Source of the DNA: Nymphaea colorata
Lineage: Eukaryota
Length of the DNA: 64,000 bases
Reading direction: 5' to 3'
Assembly: GCF_008831285.2 (NCBI RefSeq)
Contig: NC_045138.2
Span: forward strand, 27,280,001 to 27,344,000
Shown here: positions 14,101-25,944 of the stretch, piece after piece
Numbering within the stretch: the stretch's first letter is position 1
Layout of the letters: the number at the start of each line of letters is the position of its first letter
Translations under genes and position numbers: made by a program
Notes under the pieces: model-generated
Databases searched by the model: none
What the model was told of the DNA's origin: nothing
Seen by the model: only the letters and a program-made list of their open reading frames with translations

Positions 14101-14353
14101 TTGATAGATGCAATCATGGGTCTTCCACAAGAATGTTTGGCATAAAACATGTATACATTTTAAAGGATAGCCAATTCAAGAGAGAAAAATGGAATATTAT
14201 TGTTCTTTCTAGCATTCTTTCTTTCGTAATTTAACTCACTTTGGCTTCTTATGTGCGCTACAGATTGTGGCTGTTGGAGGCTATGGAGGATTAGTGGATA
14301 TCATTTCAGAGTTTGGGAGTCATTTATGTGCTTTTCGCTGCCAGGTTATCTAA
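1..14353 (+). CDS. THOC6: THO complex subunit 6 (WD40; DWA1/THOC6 orthologue), 5'-truncated by the window edge
   Basis: Exons <1-10, 588-664, 2347-2392, 2732-2792, 5372-5425, 9885-9965, 10688-10727, 11441-11565, 12040-12150, 12973-13089, 14264-14353. All introns are GT-AG and the frame is consistent. Translation includes LLSCGDDGHIRGWKW, GPWNALSPIPEVN, AAGDSCAYCWDVE, FTGHKDYLH, ITGSEDGTAKLWDCRSGKC and VAVGGYGGLVDIISEFGSHLCAF, matching remembered Arabidopsis DWA1/THO6. Confidence 0.93.
3859..4147. mobile_element. hAT-type MITE (289 bp) in THOC6 intron
   Basis: TIRs TAGGGCTGGGCAT / ATGCCCAGGCCTA (1 mismatch); perfect 8-bp TSD ATCATGAT at 3851-3858 and 4148-4155; GC-rich GGCCC/CGGG subterminal motifs around an AT-rich core. 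Confidence 0.9.
4331..4971. mobile_element. MITE of the CTAWGTCACAYGG-TIR family (hAT-like) in THOC6 intron
   Basis: Ends CTACGTCACATAGG / CCGTGTGACTTAG; GGTGCG/CACCC subterminal repeats; AT-rich core. No clear TSD, but the same termini occur on copies at 28445, 58524 and 60201. Confidence 0.72.
6344..8119. mobile_element. Non-autonomous PIF/Harbinger (Tourist-like) element, about 1.78 kb, in THOC6 intron
   Basis: Imperfect TIRs: left GGTAGTGTTTGATGGCCTGGAAAT, right (reverse complement) GGTGGCGTTTGTTGCGTTGGAAAT. TTA TSD at 6341-6343 and 8120-8122. TTCCAGAAAT/ATATTTC subterminal repeats at both ends. No transposase ORF. Confidence 0.8.
8895..9034. mobile_element. Degenerate end of a CTCGAG-repeat hAT-type MITE
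   Basis: GACTCG/CTTGAG/CGAGTT repeats ending in GAACATCCCTA, like the right end of the intact 61345-61983 element. Left boundary uncertain. Confidence 0.5.
9318..9721. repeat. Tandem duplication, 2 x about 202 bp, near-identical
   Basis: CTGCAGATGATGTAACAAATGC...GGATTGTTTTCTTTT starts at 9318 and again at 9520; differences are confined to the last 40 bp or so. Confidence 0.95.
11105..11174. repeat. Compound microsatellite (AC)20(AG)15
   Basis: Read directly from the sequence. Confidence 0.95.
13285..13625. mobile_element. Highly degenerate CTCGAG-repeat MITE remnant
   Basis: Clustered AAGCTTGA/GAGCTT/GACTCG/TCGAGC motifs as in the 61345 element; termini eroded, boundaries approximate. Confidence 0.4.
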
Positions 14354-15324
14354 TTTTGCTTTCTTCAATTAGCTATACGCTAGCTTTTCAAGGGCAAAAG
14401 CATCATAGGTGACAATCCATCTGCAGTAAGCACTGGTTCTTCTTAGGAGAGAGAGCACTAATGCTAGTTCCAACTGTTGGGAAGAAATTGTATGATATAA
14501 GTATGGTGTCAGAGTCGTGGTTTCCTTTCTGATCTAGTGTACCTCATGAAAGTGACTCGGCAGGCCATAAAAGCATATATCCAATGAAAGGGGTGGTGCA
14601 GAAGACAACTGTGAGAAGGTATGAGAGAGAAACCAGGCTTCTGTTACAGGACTTGAATGAGTAGGGATATCAAATTCCGGCTAGCGCAGTTAGAACACTG
14701 TTTTCGTGTTCCATTCAGTCTGGAAAGCAAGTATTATGCCTTCTTGGTTGCTGATTGTGCACGTTGGGTTGGCGACGGGGTTCCATACCATACATCCAAT
14801 AATTTATTGTTTAAATTGCAAACGGTTTTAACATATTCTTCTGATAAGCTGGTTTAACATTCTCTTCAAAGGTTTGTTGGTAGTTGGACCCAATAATCCT
14901 GATGTTCTTGGATGGTGGACAAAACAGTACAAGGAAATTTCTGGAGAATCCTAATCGTCCACCAAACCGCTCAAAACTATCGATATGTTCAAGTTTCCGG
15001 ACCAGAGGTCCTCCCCATGCAACGAATTTAGTTTTGGATTTTAACATTCCCCAAAATGGCGGACGTTCATATATAACCATAAGCCGATGGGATACTTCTT
15101 CATTTAAATTGTTGTCAGGCAAGCAGAAAAAGTAGTCAGGCCTCTCTCCCTCTGGACAAGCAGGCAAGCACAGGTTGGCACCCGCTTGAGTACTGAACTC
15201 TGGAACGCATATCGTTGCATTCGCCTTGTGGCCATGGTGAATGCACGATACCAGAGTAAGTACCAAAAAAAAAAAAAAAAAACATTACATGCTAGTGTAA
15301 TCAACGACGGCATCTAACGAACCG

Positions 15325-15545
15325 TGTGTGCAGGCACGAATCAGCTTGAGGCCGTGCCTTTACTTGGGTAAGTTTGGCCTGGGCTGAATCAGCAGATTCA
15401 GGTATTAATGTTTTATATAGTTTCATTATAAATATATAGTTATATATGATTAAATGATATATTCTAAAAGCTGTCTTTTATTAAAATCAGGTCGGGCCGG
15501 ATCAGGCCGTGCCTTCCATAATTGACACGGGCGGAGACAGGGCGA
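15325..15545. mobile_element. Degenerate GGCCC/GGCACG-repeat MITE remnant
   Basis: GC-rich GGCACG/GGCCGTGCC/GGGCCGG flanks around an AT-rich core, the same layout as 3859-4147. No clear TIR or TSD. Confidence 0.4.
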
Positions 15546-15970
15546 TACCGTATGACTTTGTCGCTACATGCCATCAAAAGCGGCCTTGCCCATTAACGCA
15601 GTACGAGAGCTCAAAGAATAGGCCGCCCCGATGCATTAGTTGGTTCATCAAATAAACATGATTCACGTGGTTGGATCCATATGGCGACTCATCAAATGCT
15701 ATACAGGCAATCCAGCAGCAGGCGTCATAGGAGGTCTGTTCAACGATTACAAATGCGAGAGAGGGAAGGAACCAAATCTTCTGCTAGATTACGGATTTTT
15801 ATTTCACAAAGCATGTGGTGCAGTACCTTTTACAGACATATAAGCAAATTTGCACCCGTTGCGCTGCAAATCATAACATAGCCGAAGAAAGCCCCCGGTG
15901 CTGAAGGTAGGAGGACAATTTCTCGCCCAACCACACAGTGATTCACAGCAAAGAGTTGAGGAGACATGGA

Positions 15971-18900
15971 TCAAGCCATGACGACAACTTTGCCCCGGGA
16001 ACCTGCCGCATAGAAAATTAAGAATACAAAATTATAAGTTAAGGAAGGTAAATGAGCTTTTTCGTACCCTACATTGCTCATAGAATTCTTTTGCCAACTG
16101 CAACATAGCATCTGTCTTTTCAGCTAGCCTCTGAACACGCTCTGCCTCCACTATAGCTCGGTATGCCAAAAGCGATTTGGTTTCAGCATCAGCAATCTTG
16201 TAGGCTATGGAGATCGCAGTCTCCTTGACCTCACTGCCCGATGAGCCTAGACTCTGTTGCAGTTTTGCACGCCGATGTGGATCTGTCTGTTTGGGGGTGG
16301 GTGTTCTCATACCAAGTGAAGAACTTGTAAGTCTGTATCCGTTGTGAACCTACATCACACGAAACTTCAACCATAAAAGAACCGAAAACATATCACGAAG
16401 GATAAACTTTTGAAGAACAGTTAGCAGTTCCTGAATCGGGAGCAAAACCAATGTTTCAATGCACTTTCTGAACATATTTGGACTTATGATTCCAAGAAAA
16501 TGTCACTTGGTATGTAAAAGGTTAAGAATTAGCTAGGCTCAGAGCCATCTGCTCCTGGCATAGTAATGTATGGAGTCAGATTTAGACACAGATAAGGAAA
16601 GAAAGAAACCACAAGTTCAATAGCTAGTTTTCTAGCCCCTTATCACGTGACAATAAATATTAAAGATTTACCGGCAAATTCAGGGCTAAAACTATTAAGA
16701 TCCATTCCTATAACGTCTTTCACCAAAGGATAATATTATGTTTCTCTTTTTCTATAAAAAAGGGGGATAACTAAATGAGCATGTTGAGAGAATCAGTAGG
16801 AGAAAAACGGAAAGTGTTAGCAAGCAAAACAGCTCATTTCGATTCATCCAAGTAGTCCATAAAACTTTAAAAGTGCTACAAGCATTGTAAAGATGGGGCC
16901 AGATAGTTCACAGTGAAAAAATGAAGCAAACATTAGTTGCAGACACAAAAAGCATATGCTTTAATCAGAAAAACAAGATTATGGATGCAAAAATTGTATT
17001 AAGTCATCAGATCGAAACTTTACCTTTTCAATTTTCTCCTGCCCAGCAAGCCGTCTTAACTTCGGACCTAACAGCCTTCTAAAATTTGATGGCACTTCAT
17101 GCCTTTGCTGCATTAACATCATTAAATTATTTGAAATCAAGATACTAAAAAAATCTCTAAGAGAACTGCATGTACAAGGATTTTTTAATGATCAACATCC
17201 AATCCAAGTTTCAAATTTCCAAAAACTTCTTGGCACCAACTAGCAGAAAGATTGCCAGTAAAGTTGGCAAAGCCACAATGCCTTACCAACATTATTTCCC
17301 ACCAATTTCAGTGAAATAAACAATTTCACACTAAAAATGATCAGTGATGCTACCACAAATAACACAAAAGCAAATAATTCATTGATAGGTTTCTTATCAA
17401 CAAAGGACAAGAGCAAATCAATGCAAGCATAAGTAAATAGCCTGAAGAACTTGGTAATGTACCAGTATCAGAGCTCACGTAGAGCAACCAACTATGCCAA
17501 ACGCATAATACATCTGAAAGGATAGCATTGAAAAATGAAAACAGTGCAGCTTTCTCTATTTCCATATCATGTTCACCTTCAAATTTAACAACAAAGACTG
17601 GTGCATAATGGTCACTCTAAGACCAAACAATAACTCCATCAATGACTAAAAGCATTTTATGGTTTTTACTTTTTCCTATGAAAAAGTCCCAAAATTTTCA
17701 TGGTTTAAATGGAAAAGAAGTAGCCAACATTATATAAAGATGTACTCCAATGTGCTAAAAGGTAAATCTGCAACTCAATGAAGATTGGAAACTAGTTTTA
17801 ATGATGATATACATTGAAAAATAAGATGAAGGTTGAAGAAAAAAATGTATAACTAAGATTGCTAAGCAAATTACACACAAAATCATTATTGTAGCCAATG
17901 AGACTTAGGTTGGACAGGTATACGGCTAGTTGGCTACAACTCGAAAAACATTCAGCTGTTCCATCAGATAGTTGACTAAGATGAAGGGGAAATATACGGC
18001 TAGTTGGCTACAACTCGAAAAACATTCAGCTCATCTCTTGCAGTTATTTACTCAGGCACAATTTAGTAATTGAGCACAGAATAGAATTCTACAAGTTATG
18101 AATTCTTTCCAGAAGGGTGAAACATGCCAATGTAACTTCTCCTTTAGCATGACAATTAGATGAAATAGATGAGGATAGATAAAATGAAGTTAATAGCAAT
18201 GTTGTTCCATGTTCTTAATGTATAAAAGGATTATTCATCTTGCTAATCACTACAACTGAAGCTCAATGTATTCTTGTACTAAATGTTCAGCTGTTCACTG
18301 AATGTACTAATGTTCAGTGATACAATATATACAACACTCAGAAGTAATGATATTATGTCTTAAACCCAAAAACGGGGAGTAGCATACGGGTCTAACACAG
18401 AAAAGCAAATGCAAATACTATAAAAGTACTAACCAACCTCAATAAAGCATGCAATAGCTCCAATATCTGTTCCACTAGGATCACGGATAGCTGAAAGGGC
18501 CTCAATTATCATGGCACTGTACCTTGAGTGTTGGAAAAAAGGTAAAAGTAGATGTATCCAACAGAAAAAATCAGTACTCCAAAAAATATATGTTGAAGAC
18601 AAACCAAATTCAAGGTAATGAAAATGTGAATGGTAATTGTTCAACAGATGATAAGGAAAGCAGATGTAAATTTAAAAAAGAAAAAACTTAAGAGAATATG
18701 AAAAAGTAACAAACAAAGAAGGGTGAAAGGCTGGAGTAAGGACATATAGTCATGTGTAGCAGCGCAAGAAGATTTTCAATCAGATAAAAGATTGAATTTG
18801 TCATCATGACTCTTAGGTAAAGGCAATCTTCGAAAATCTGATGCAAAACAAGGAGGGTTTCCAAGACGGGCAGTTCCATCAGAGAGATATTCTCTATGTA

Positions 18901-21251
18901 ACAAATAATTAACAGCAGAGAACTGGATAATTTTTCTTACAATATGGTAAAGTTTCGTGGATAGGCTCATACAAAAAATGCTGTAATAAAAGAAAGGTAT
19001 CTGCCAGCAGGTATTCTATCATTCTATGTATTAAAAAAACCAATGACAAAGGAAAGCTTATGGAAACAGCCTACACGTGGGCAACAACCAAGGCATGCTT
19101 GATCTAGGAAGCAGGCAGATATGCCATAATAGGTGTCCTGGATACTCTGATATTTTGGGTCTGACAGTGCTTCTAAATTGTGGACACATACAGAAGTCGG
19201 AACTCTTTCTGTCCGAATGAACAAATGATGCCTGATCTTTCCTATTCACAATGTTATCACAAAAAACAGAGGCTCTTGGAAAGGGGAAAGAGTGAAAAGA
19301 CAAAGAAACATGTAAAAACAGAATAAAGATCAATTGTTAGAGAACTACAGACCTTGTGGCTGAGTTTTTTCCATCGTTCAAGCTTTTTGAATCAGCAACC
19401 TTTGTGGTTGATGGGGCAGGGGCCTTGACATTCACTGTAATAGATGAGGAAGGAATGCTAGGATTTAACTTAAGCTTTGGAGTCCTTGATTTTTCTCTTG
19501 ATCCATGACCACTAGCACTGACACTCATATTCCTCCATTTGTCCTGAATATGGCAAGACCTCAGTAAGTGCTTAACATTATTACAAAAGACATTTAAGTG
19601 CTGAAAAATTGCTAACCAATACATTACTAAAATCAGCAAGAAAAACTGATGAATGATGATACAACCAAAGGGAACCAAAAAAAAAAAAAAAAATTAAACC
19701 ATGAAAATGTTTCACCTTCACCAGATTCACCAAATTCCTCCTAACTAGCTTTTCAAGAAAAATTTCTGTACACCTGTACTCTATCCAAAACACCCCTCTC
19801 TATTTGAGTACTCATTTGTTTATATTTCACGTCATACTCATCAAGCTGACTGCATCCAAGCAAGATGCAAAGTGGGAACTCTTTATTGCAGTGAAATGGC
19901 TATATCATCTTTCCGATGAGAGCTTTTAACTTGTTCGGCCAAAAAAATCATAAATTAAAAGCAATGTCGCTTCAGAATATAATAAAAATAAGCCCATTAA
20001 AAAGTAATCAAATTTGTTGCCAATGCCTCCGAATGGATGGCTTGATTTCAGGCCCAAAACTAAGGGCGAAACATGTTTGGGATAATAAGAAGATCTTTTT
20101 ATTCCAGTTGGATTGACAAAATTAACAAAATTTCAGGGTTCAATCCAATTTAAATGATATAATATCAAATTTCCAATGTTCTGCACATCTTTTGATCCGC
20201 TCAAGTAGTTTTAAGCATATATTGTCCCGTGAGCACCTGGTAGCTGAATTTTTAAATTAGTCAATTACCATGTACACAAAGGCACAGTTACACAACTATA
20301 TATATGCACAATGACACATGCATGTGCATCACATATAAGCATATGATGCGCATATGCTTCAAAATTTTACAAAAGCAAGATGACAATTTGCATTCTACTA
20401 GGGGCTCGTAACTGTTTGCCATAATTCTGGTCGTGAAATATTGACTTACAAGACAAGGACTTTAAACAAGGAAAGCCCACATTGAACTGATTATTGCAAT
20501 TCACAAGAAGCCTCTGTAGTAGTCTTCTAATCCATGGAACCAGCCTGAAAATGGAGAGATCCTGCTTTGGAGGATGCAGCTGTTTTCCACTTAATTACAT
20601 ATTAACATTAGGACCGTGTGCGCACTAGATTAACTCCTCTAATCCCTCAAAATTATTTTTCGTCCTCCATAGCACATTAAAAAGCAACATCAGACAGCCA
20701 TGAGAAGTGAAAGAATCGAGCAACAAGCTTCCAACATGCATGATCTTTAATTTCAGCAAAGGCTACGCGCCATCTGTCTGAAACTCAAGCTACTCATTCT
20801 TTCACACTTAACAAAAAGTATTTTTGAATAAAGCGATATACCGTTACTCAAACCGAAAAACAAAAGAATAATGAAATATCAACGATCATGTGTCATATAT
20901 TGGCAGTGATCAAAGAATTTCGACATCTGAAAACCAGCAAATCACCAACAAGAGAAAAAAGAAAAAGAATTTGGCATAACCACCGATAATGATGTCATGC
21001 ATGTTGAACAGCCGCAGGGAAACGCCATAAAACCAACAACCACGTAGCAAGGAGGCCACGACACTCGATAGAGAGTAAATTGAGAAGCTGAAGTTGGGCA
21101 CCTTCAGGTCGATGTTGGAGCGAGCAGAGAGCCAGCGGCCGAACTCTGGGTCCTTCTGGATCGTGCGCCACTTGCCGGGCCCATGCTTGTCGACGCCTGC
21201 CCTGAGCGCCTCCTCTTCCTCCGACGTCCATTTCTGCTTGGGGGCCCCCAT
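15971..21251 (-). CDS. TRB: Telomere repeat-binding factor, single Myb histone (SMH) family, TRB4/5-like; 272 aa
   Basis: Exons (-) 21251-21102, 19543-19353, 18522-18438, 17107-17024, 16349-16073, 16002-15971; 819 nt, all GT-AG. Telobox Myb [16 protein letters not shown]...RSNIDLKDKWRNM, GH1/H15 domain [42 protein letters not shown]-terminal coiled coil ending [14 protein letters not shown]. Confidence 0.93.
17919..18031. repeat. 39-bp direct repeat x2 separated by 35 bp
   Basis: TATACGGCTAGTTGGCTACAACTCGAAAAACATTCAGCT at 17919-17957 and 17993-18031. Confidence 0.9.
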
Positions 21252-21353
21252 CCTAGAGAGGGAGAGTTTTACGTGCAGAAACTCTGTAGGCAGGATGTTC
21301 CAGGAAGAAAGAAAATTAAAAGAGTGGTTACATTGAAGGGAGAGAGAGACAGC

Positions 21354-21393
21354 TAGGGTTTCATGTTCCAGTTGGTCTTTAAAATTAGGGTTT
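21354..21393 (-). promoter_or_regulatory. Two telo-boxes (AAACCCTA) upstream of the TRB start codon
   Basis: TAGGGTTT at 21354-21361 and TTAGGGTTT at 21385-21393, about 100-140 nt upstream of the ATG. The motifs are seen directly; function is inferred. Confidence 0.6.
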
Positions 21394-24300
21394 TGTAGCT
21401 TCGCAGGGGAGACTGGCGTGGTGGATGATGATGTGCTTTGGAGGGAGGGACTGGTTTGGTGGGGTCTCTCTCTCCCTCTCTGCCTCTGTTCTTAGGGCGA
21501 CTAATAGCCTTATAGGAGTATCTTTCCCGACGATTTGGAAGGAAAAAGAAAAAGAAAAAACTTTACATTCAAATGAAAATTACATGGTTTTTATTACCTG
21601 TGTCAACTGTTTATTTGACAGTTGTAAGTACTTAAGCAATGCCTTCTCATCTTACTGCATCTGTTAATTTTGGTTCACTTATTCACAGTTTTGAAAACTT
21701 TTGAGAACCCTCCCAATAATTTCACCCATAGCACAATCTTTCTTGGTATCACTACGAAAGTATTGGATCGACAAATTATTGACTGAACCCATTTATAGCA
21801 TTGATGTTGTGTTTATGTTTGAAGCTTTATTAGATTTTACACTTACGTTTTATGTGAGTTTGTAAAAACTGTTATGGAAGCTCCTCAAATCTTAAGGATC
21901 CCCAAGAAAAAAGGATTTCTGAATTCACTCACCTCAACCTCATATTTTAAAATTTATGAGTTTACAATTGAGAAACAAGCATTGTTGTCTATTATCTATG
22001 CTCTTAATTGTTCGACACCAAATATTTTATGGTAAAGTAATAATTTTCTAAGTGAAAAGCTGCAGTATATGGTTTGGCATTCTGTCTATACATTGCGAAT
22101 TGATAATATGTACAACTGACAACTTACCAATTGGGGATCACTTGTGAAGTCTTGAATTCATTTGCTCAAATGCAATACCGCATAGGCTATTGTGATGTTT
22201 TTATTGCAACAAGTTGTTTCTTTGAACTTTATAGCAGAAACTAGAACTACTTCAAGGAGAGTAAGACGAAGACCTTTTGAAGATAGTTTTAGGACTGAAT
22301 CTCTCCACGCATCAAAAATTAGGATTCCTCATTCATTGAAATAGTCGGCGATGTGCTGAAAACAGTCCTGCCCCTTCAAATGTTCCGCATGTCGCTTCTT
22401 TTCTTTTGTACTGTAAGCAGATGGCAGTTCACTGTAAGCAATTTCAGCCATTGATGATTGAAGGAGCTTATTCAAATTGGCATGTTCTTAAAAGATAGAA
22501 TTTATTGAGAAGCACAAATTCCTTGTTGAATATGCTAAAAAATTATGAAAGTGGCATCGTACCGGTGGAACAAAACGTTTTTGTGATGATGACATGTGCA
22601 TAAATTCCATTTCCATTTCATATTCTCGATCGAAACTGTTGAGAGAGATAAAGATCATACAAAAAGTTTGTTCCAAAACAGAGATCAAAGTTCAAAATGA
22701 ACCATTCTTAACCACAGGTCCACAACTTCTGCAGAAAGAACTAGTGGTATGATCACAGGATAGGATCCAACTGAGGATGAAAATGGGGTTTTGCAACTAA
22801 AAAGGGGTACTGATCCGAACACAATGTCTCCAGACCATCCAGGTTCTTCCACCCGTTTTTCTTCCTCGGACAGTTGGACCGTCTTTACCAGGTAACAGAC
22901 GGAATGGGAATACATTTGCGCTCCACTGGAGTAGTGAGAACGCGGCCTGGGAAGGATAGGAAGGTCGCTGATAAACCCTAACTGGGGGACAAGGCCTCAG
23001 TCAGTAAGGGTTCTACCGCTGGCGCATCGAATCCGCAAAGCGGACGTCACGTCGTCCATTTTGGGGTCCTTATTGAAGATACAATTCCCAAACTTCCAAT
23101 TTTATGGTATTCGACTCCGCCATCTTCAGGGTGGTGGTGAGTTTCCGCTTCATTTTCCTTCATTTCTGGGTTGGAGATTTTGTTGGGACTCTGAATGTTT
23201 TACGTCTGTTTCAACGTTGTAGATTTTGGTTTGTTTTTTCATGTGCGTTGTTGCTGTAATCGTCTCTTTGCCGGTTGTTTGATGATGTGATTTCGTTGAT
23301 GCGAGTATATGAAGATTCATCCTCTGTATATTTGATTAGATTTGGGTTTTCAGTAGTCTCTTGCGCTCTTTCTCTATCTCTCTCTCTCTCACTTTTTATT
23401 GGCAATGAGTTCGATGAGCGATTGATATGGTGCTCTAGTCGAACATAATATTTTTACAATTGCATAGGAATTCTAATCTAATTTTCTTGTTCTTTTCTTT
23501 CACTGGTCCATGATTGATTGTGGTTCATATATGATGTTCTCGTCCTGTAAATCTTGTCACTTGCCATTAAGACTCACAAATTTTCGAATGAAAGAGCTCA
23601 AGCAAACGCTTCCTTAACTATGCCGATTCACTTTATCTTCTTTATCGTTTGATCAAGTTGTTTTTTTGTTATGTTTTTTTCTTAGTTTCTCATTCACTCT
23701 ACTTATTTTTTCTAACTTTTAGATTTTTTCTTTTCTGGCTGAATATTTTGCAATAGTTTCAGCTTTGCTGACAAATAACTGAGAAAAATCTCACTATTAA
23801 CGATACCTGTGACTATGTAAAGGCTGTGAGTTAGTGTCACTATTCTTCCTCTCTCTTTATATATATAGTTCTAATCATCTAACCAAAACTGTTCATTAAA
23901 ATAGATAGACGGTCGAAAGAAAAATATAGACAAAGAATATAAACTATCTGCTGCTGCTGCTGCCTGCTTATCAGTCACGATCTACAACCCTTCAGCCCGA
24001 GCTGCCATTCCATGACTGGTACGAAGTCTACTTGAACGGATGGTAGAGATTCAGTTGGTAAAGACCTGTGGGGGTTGGTGTAGGAAGGTGGACTATGGCC
24101 TTGCCTTCACTTTTGCAGAAGGTACATCTACTCTCTCACATCAGGTAATCCCCAAACCTTTGGAAAAAATATCACTGCCGGCTTTTGCAAGATTCAGCTG
24201 GTTCTTGGCCCGTAAGAGAGAGAGAGAGAGAGCAAAACCAGTCTAAATTGAAACTGGATTTTCAAGCGAGAGTTTAAGAGGAAAAAGGGATTAAGAAGAC

Positions 24301-24520
24301 GAGTTTTCAATGGTTCTTCGGGTTCGGGACAGTGGAATGGACATCTCACTTAAAAAAAAAAATAGTTTTTTTCTTCTTCTTAGGATTCTCCAATTAAAAA
24401 AAAAAGATGGTTGTCATTTGTCAAACGAAAAAACAAAAAATAAAAAAAAAAAGAGAGAGGAAAAGTAAGAGAGAGAAAGAAGAATTTGGAAATATAAAGT
24501 CTACGTTTATATATATGAGG

Positions 24521-24720
24521 TAAGGGCAGGCCCAGGGGGCCATAGCCTCCCCTCTAACAACCTTCAAACTTGAAAGAAAACAAAATTTTGTTAAAATTTT
24601 GAAAAAATTACATTGGAAACTCCTTTAAAATTCTAGGAAAACTTAATTCGGCCTTTTTGAAAATTTTAAAAATATAATTTGACACATTCCGAATAAATAA
24701 AATTTCTAACTCTGCCGCTG
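24521..24720. mobile_element. Degenerate MITE (CAGGGGCGG...CCGCCGCTG-type ends)
   Basis: 5' TAAGGGCAGGCCCAGGGGGCCATAGCCTCCCC, AT-rich core, 3' TTTCTAACTCTGCCGCTG. No TSD recognised. Confidence 0.45.
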
Positions 24721-25865
24721 ATCTAATTTGGTTAAGGTTGGTAATAAAACAAAAGACAGTTGCAGCATAAAATGTCATTCGTGACGCTGCTTCGCTTGTT
24801 CATGACATCACAGAGCACGCTCACCACAGGAACGATGTGCATAAGACAGTGACTTTGGAAAGCTGAATCATTTTGTAGTGTGAGCTGCTTTAGGACAATG
24901 GCCCATCCAAATCCAACTTGCATGGCCGAAATATGGATCTTAGGACTAGATCTGGATCTGTGTTTCTGATGCATATCAGCTTTGCTCTACTGCTTTGGGA
25001 TCTAATCTATTTTATATGTATGATCTTCATCTGGGTCGCCATGGATCCGATTGGTTCCTTTGAGCTGAATAAATTGAGGGGCCTTTTGGATGGCTGGAGC
25101 ATTGCATCCAAGAGAAAGATGTAAGCAGTGGGTTATGGATCCAAGACTTCTTTAATTCATCATGCTTTGTTGCTTCATTATCATGCTCAATTAGCATTTG
25201 TTTATGAATCTAGTCAGAGTAACCAAGCCATCGGCTATATATGAAGTAAGGTATACACCATATACCTATCTTTAATATATAGAGTTTAGATGGTTGTAGA
25301 AGTTGCGGAGCATATTTATTAGCAGTCAGGAACTTGCCTGAGTGCTACTAAATGTAGGTTGCATCTGTCTCAAAAAGTAAGACAGATTCATGATGATAAT
25401 TTTTTTTTTAAGTGTCCAATAAATCTAACCAATTTCATGCATTTCCAAACGGCTCACACGGGACTAAATGATTTGAATAGAAACATAAACCTAATATCTC
25501 CTTTTAGTTTTGTAAATAACTTGGGAAGGATGAGTTTATTTAATCTATTTTTTAGAACCAGGCTTTCTTAAAAATGATTTCTGATGAAACCTGATTTTGA
25601 TGTCATACAAACACTCTTAAAAAATTGTTTTGCCTTAAAAAAAATGTTTTAAAGTATAATCTAAATACTATCCAACCCAAGAAGCTTAGCCATTGAGTTT
25701 TTTCTTTTATATAAAAAAAAAAAACATTGTTGATGGTATGAATGCCCAATTGCACCTAGCATAGATAGCCATCTCACAAGGTCTCAACCATTCAAACATC
25801 GTACATATCGATGGTATGTTTCTCTTTTTTTATTTTAAGGTGAGTAGTTTATTCCACTGCTGTGC

Positions 25866-25944
25866 TTCATTCTAGTGTATTACTGTCTCGAAGAAAGACT
25901 ACTTGTTTTCATTCTAGTGTATTACTGCTTCGAAGAAAGACTAC
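25866..25944. repeat. Tandem duplication, 42-bp period
   Basis: TTCATTCTAGTGTATTACTG(TC/CT)TCGAAGAAAGACTAC occurs twice. Confidence 0.9.

Noticed and set aside
14811..15266. 151-aa minus-strand ORF between THOC6 and TRB
   Set aside because: Non-ATG start, no recognisable domain, and it lies in the probable 3' UTR/intergenic zone of convergent genes.
17919..18031. Repeat-spacer-repeat with CRISPR-like dimensions
   Set aside because: Only two units, inside a plant intron, with no cas genes.
22074..22086. TTGGCATTCTGTC matches the 5' 13 nt of miR394
   Set aside because: The match breaks after 13 nt and no fold-back partner is visible.
22960..23070. AAACCCTAA near a TRB gene as a telomerase RNA template
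   Set aside because: No upstream USE (TCCCACA) plus TATA Pol III promoter and no other plant telomerase RNA motifs recognised.
23610..23632. U12-type branch point TTCCTTAAC
   Set aside because: No RTATCCTT donor upstream, and all introns modelled in this window are ordinary GT-AG.
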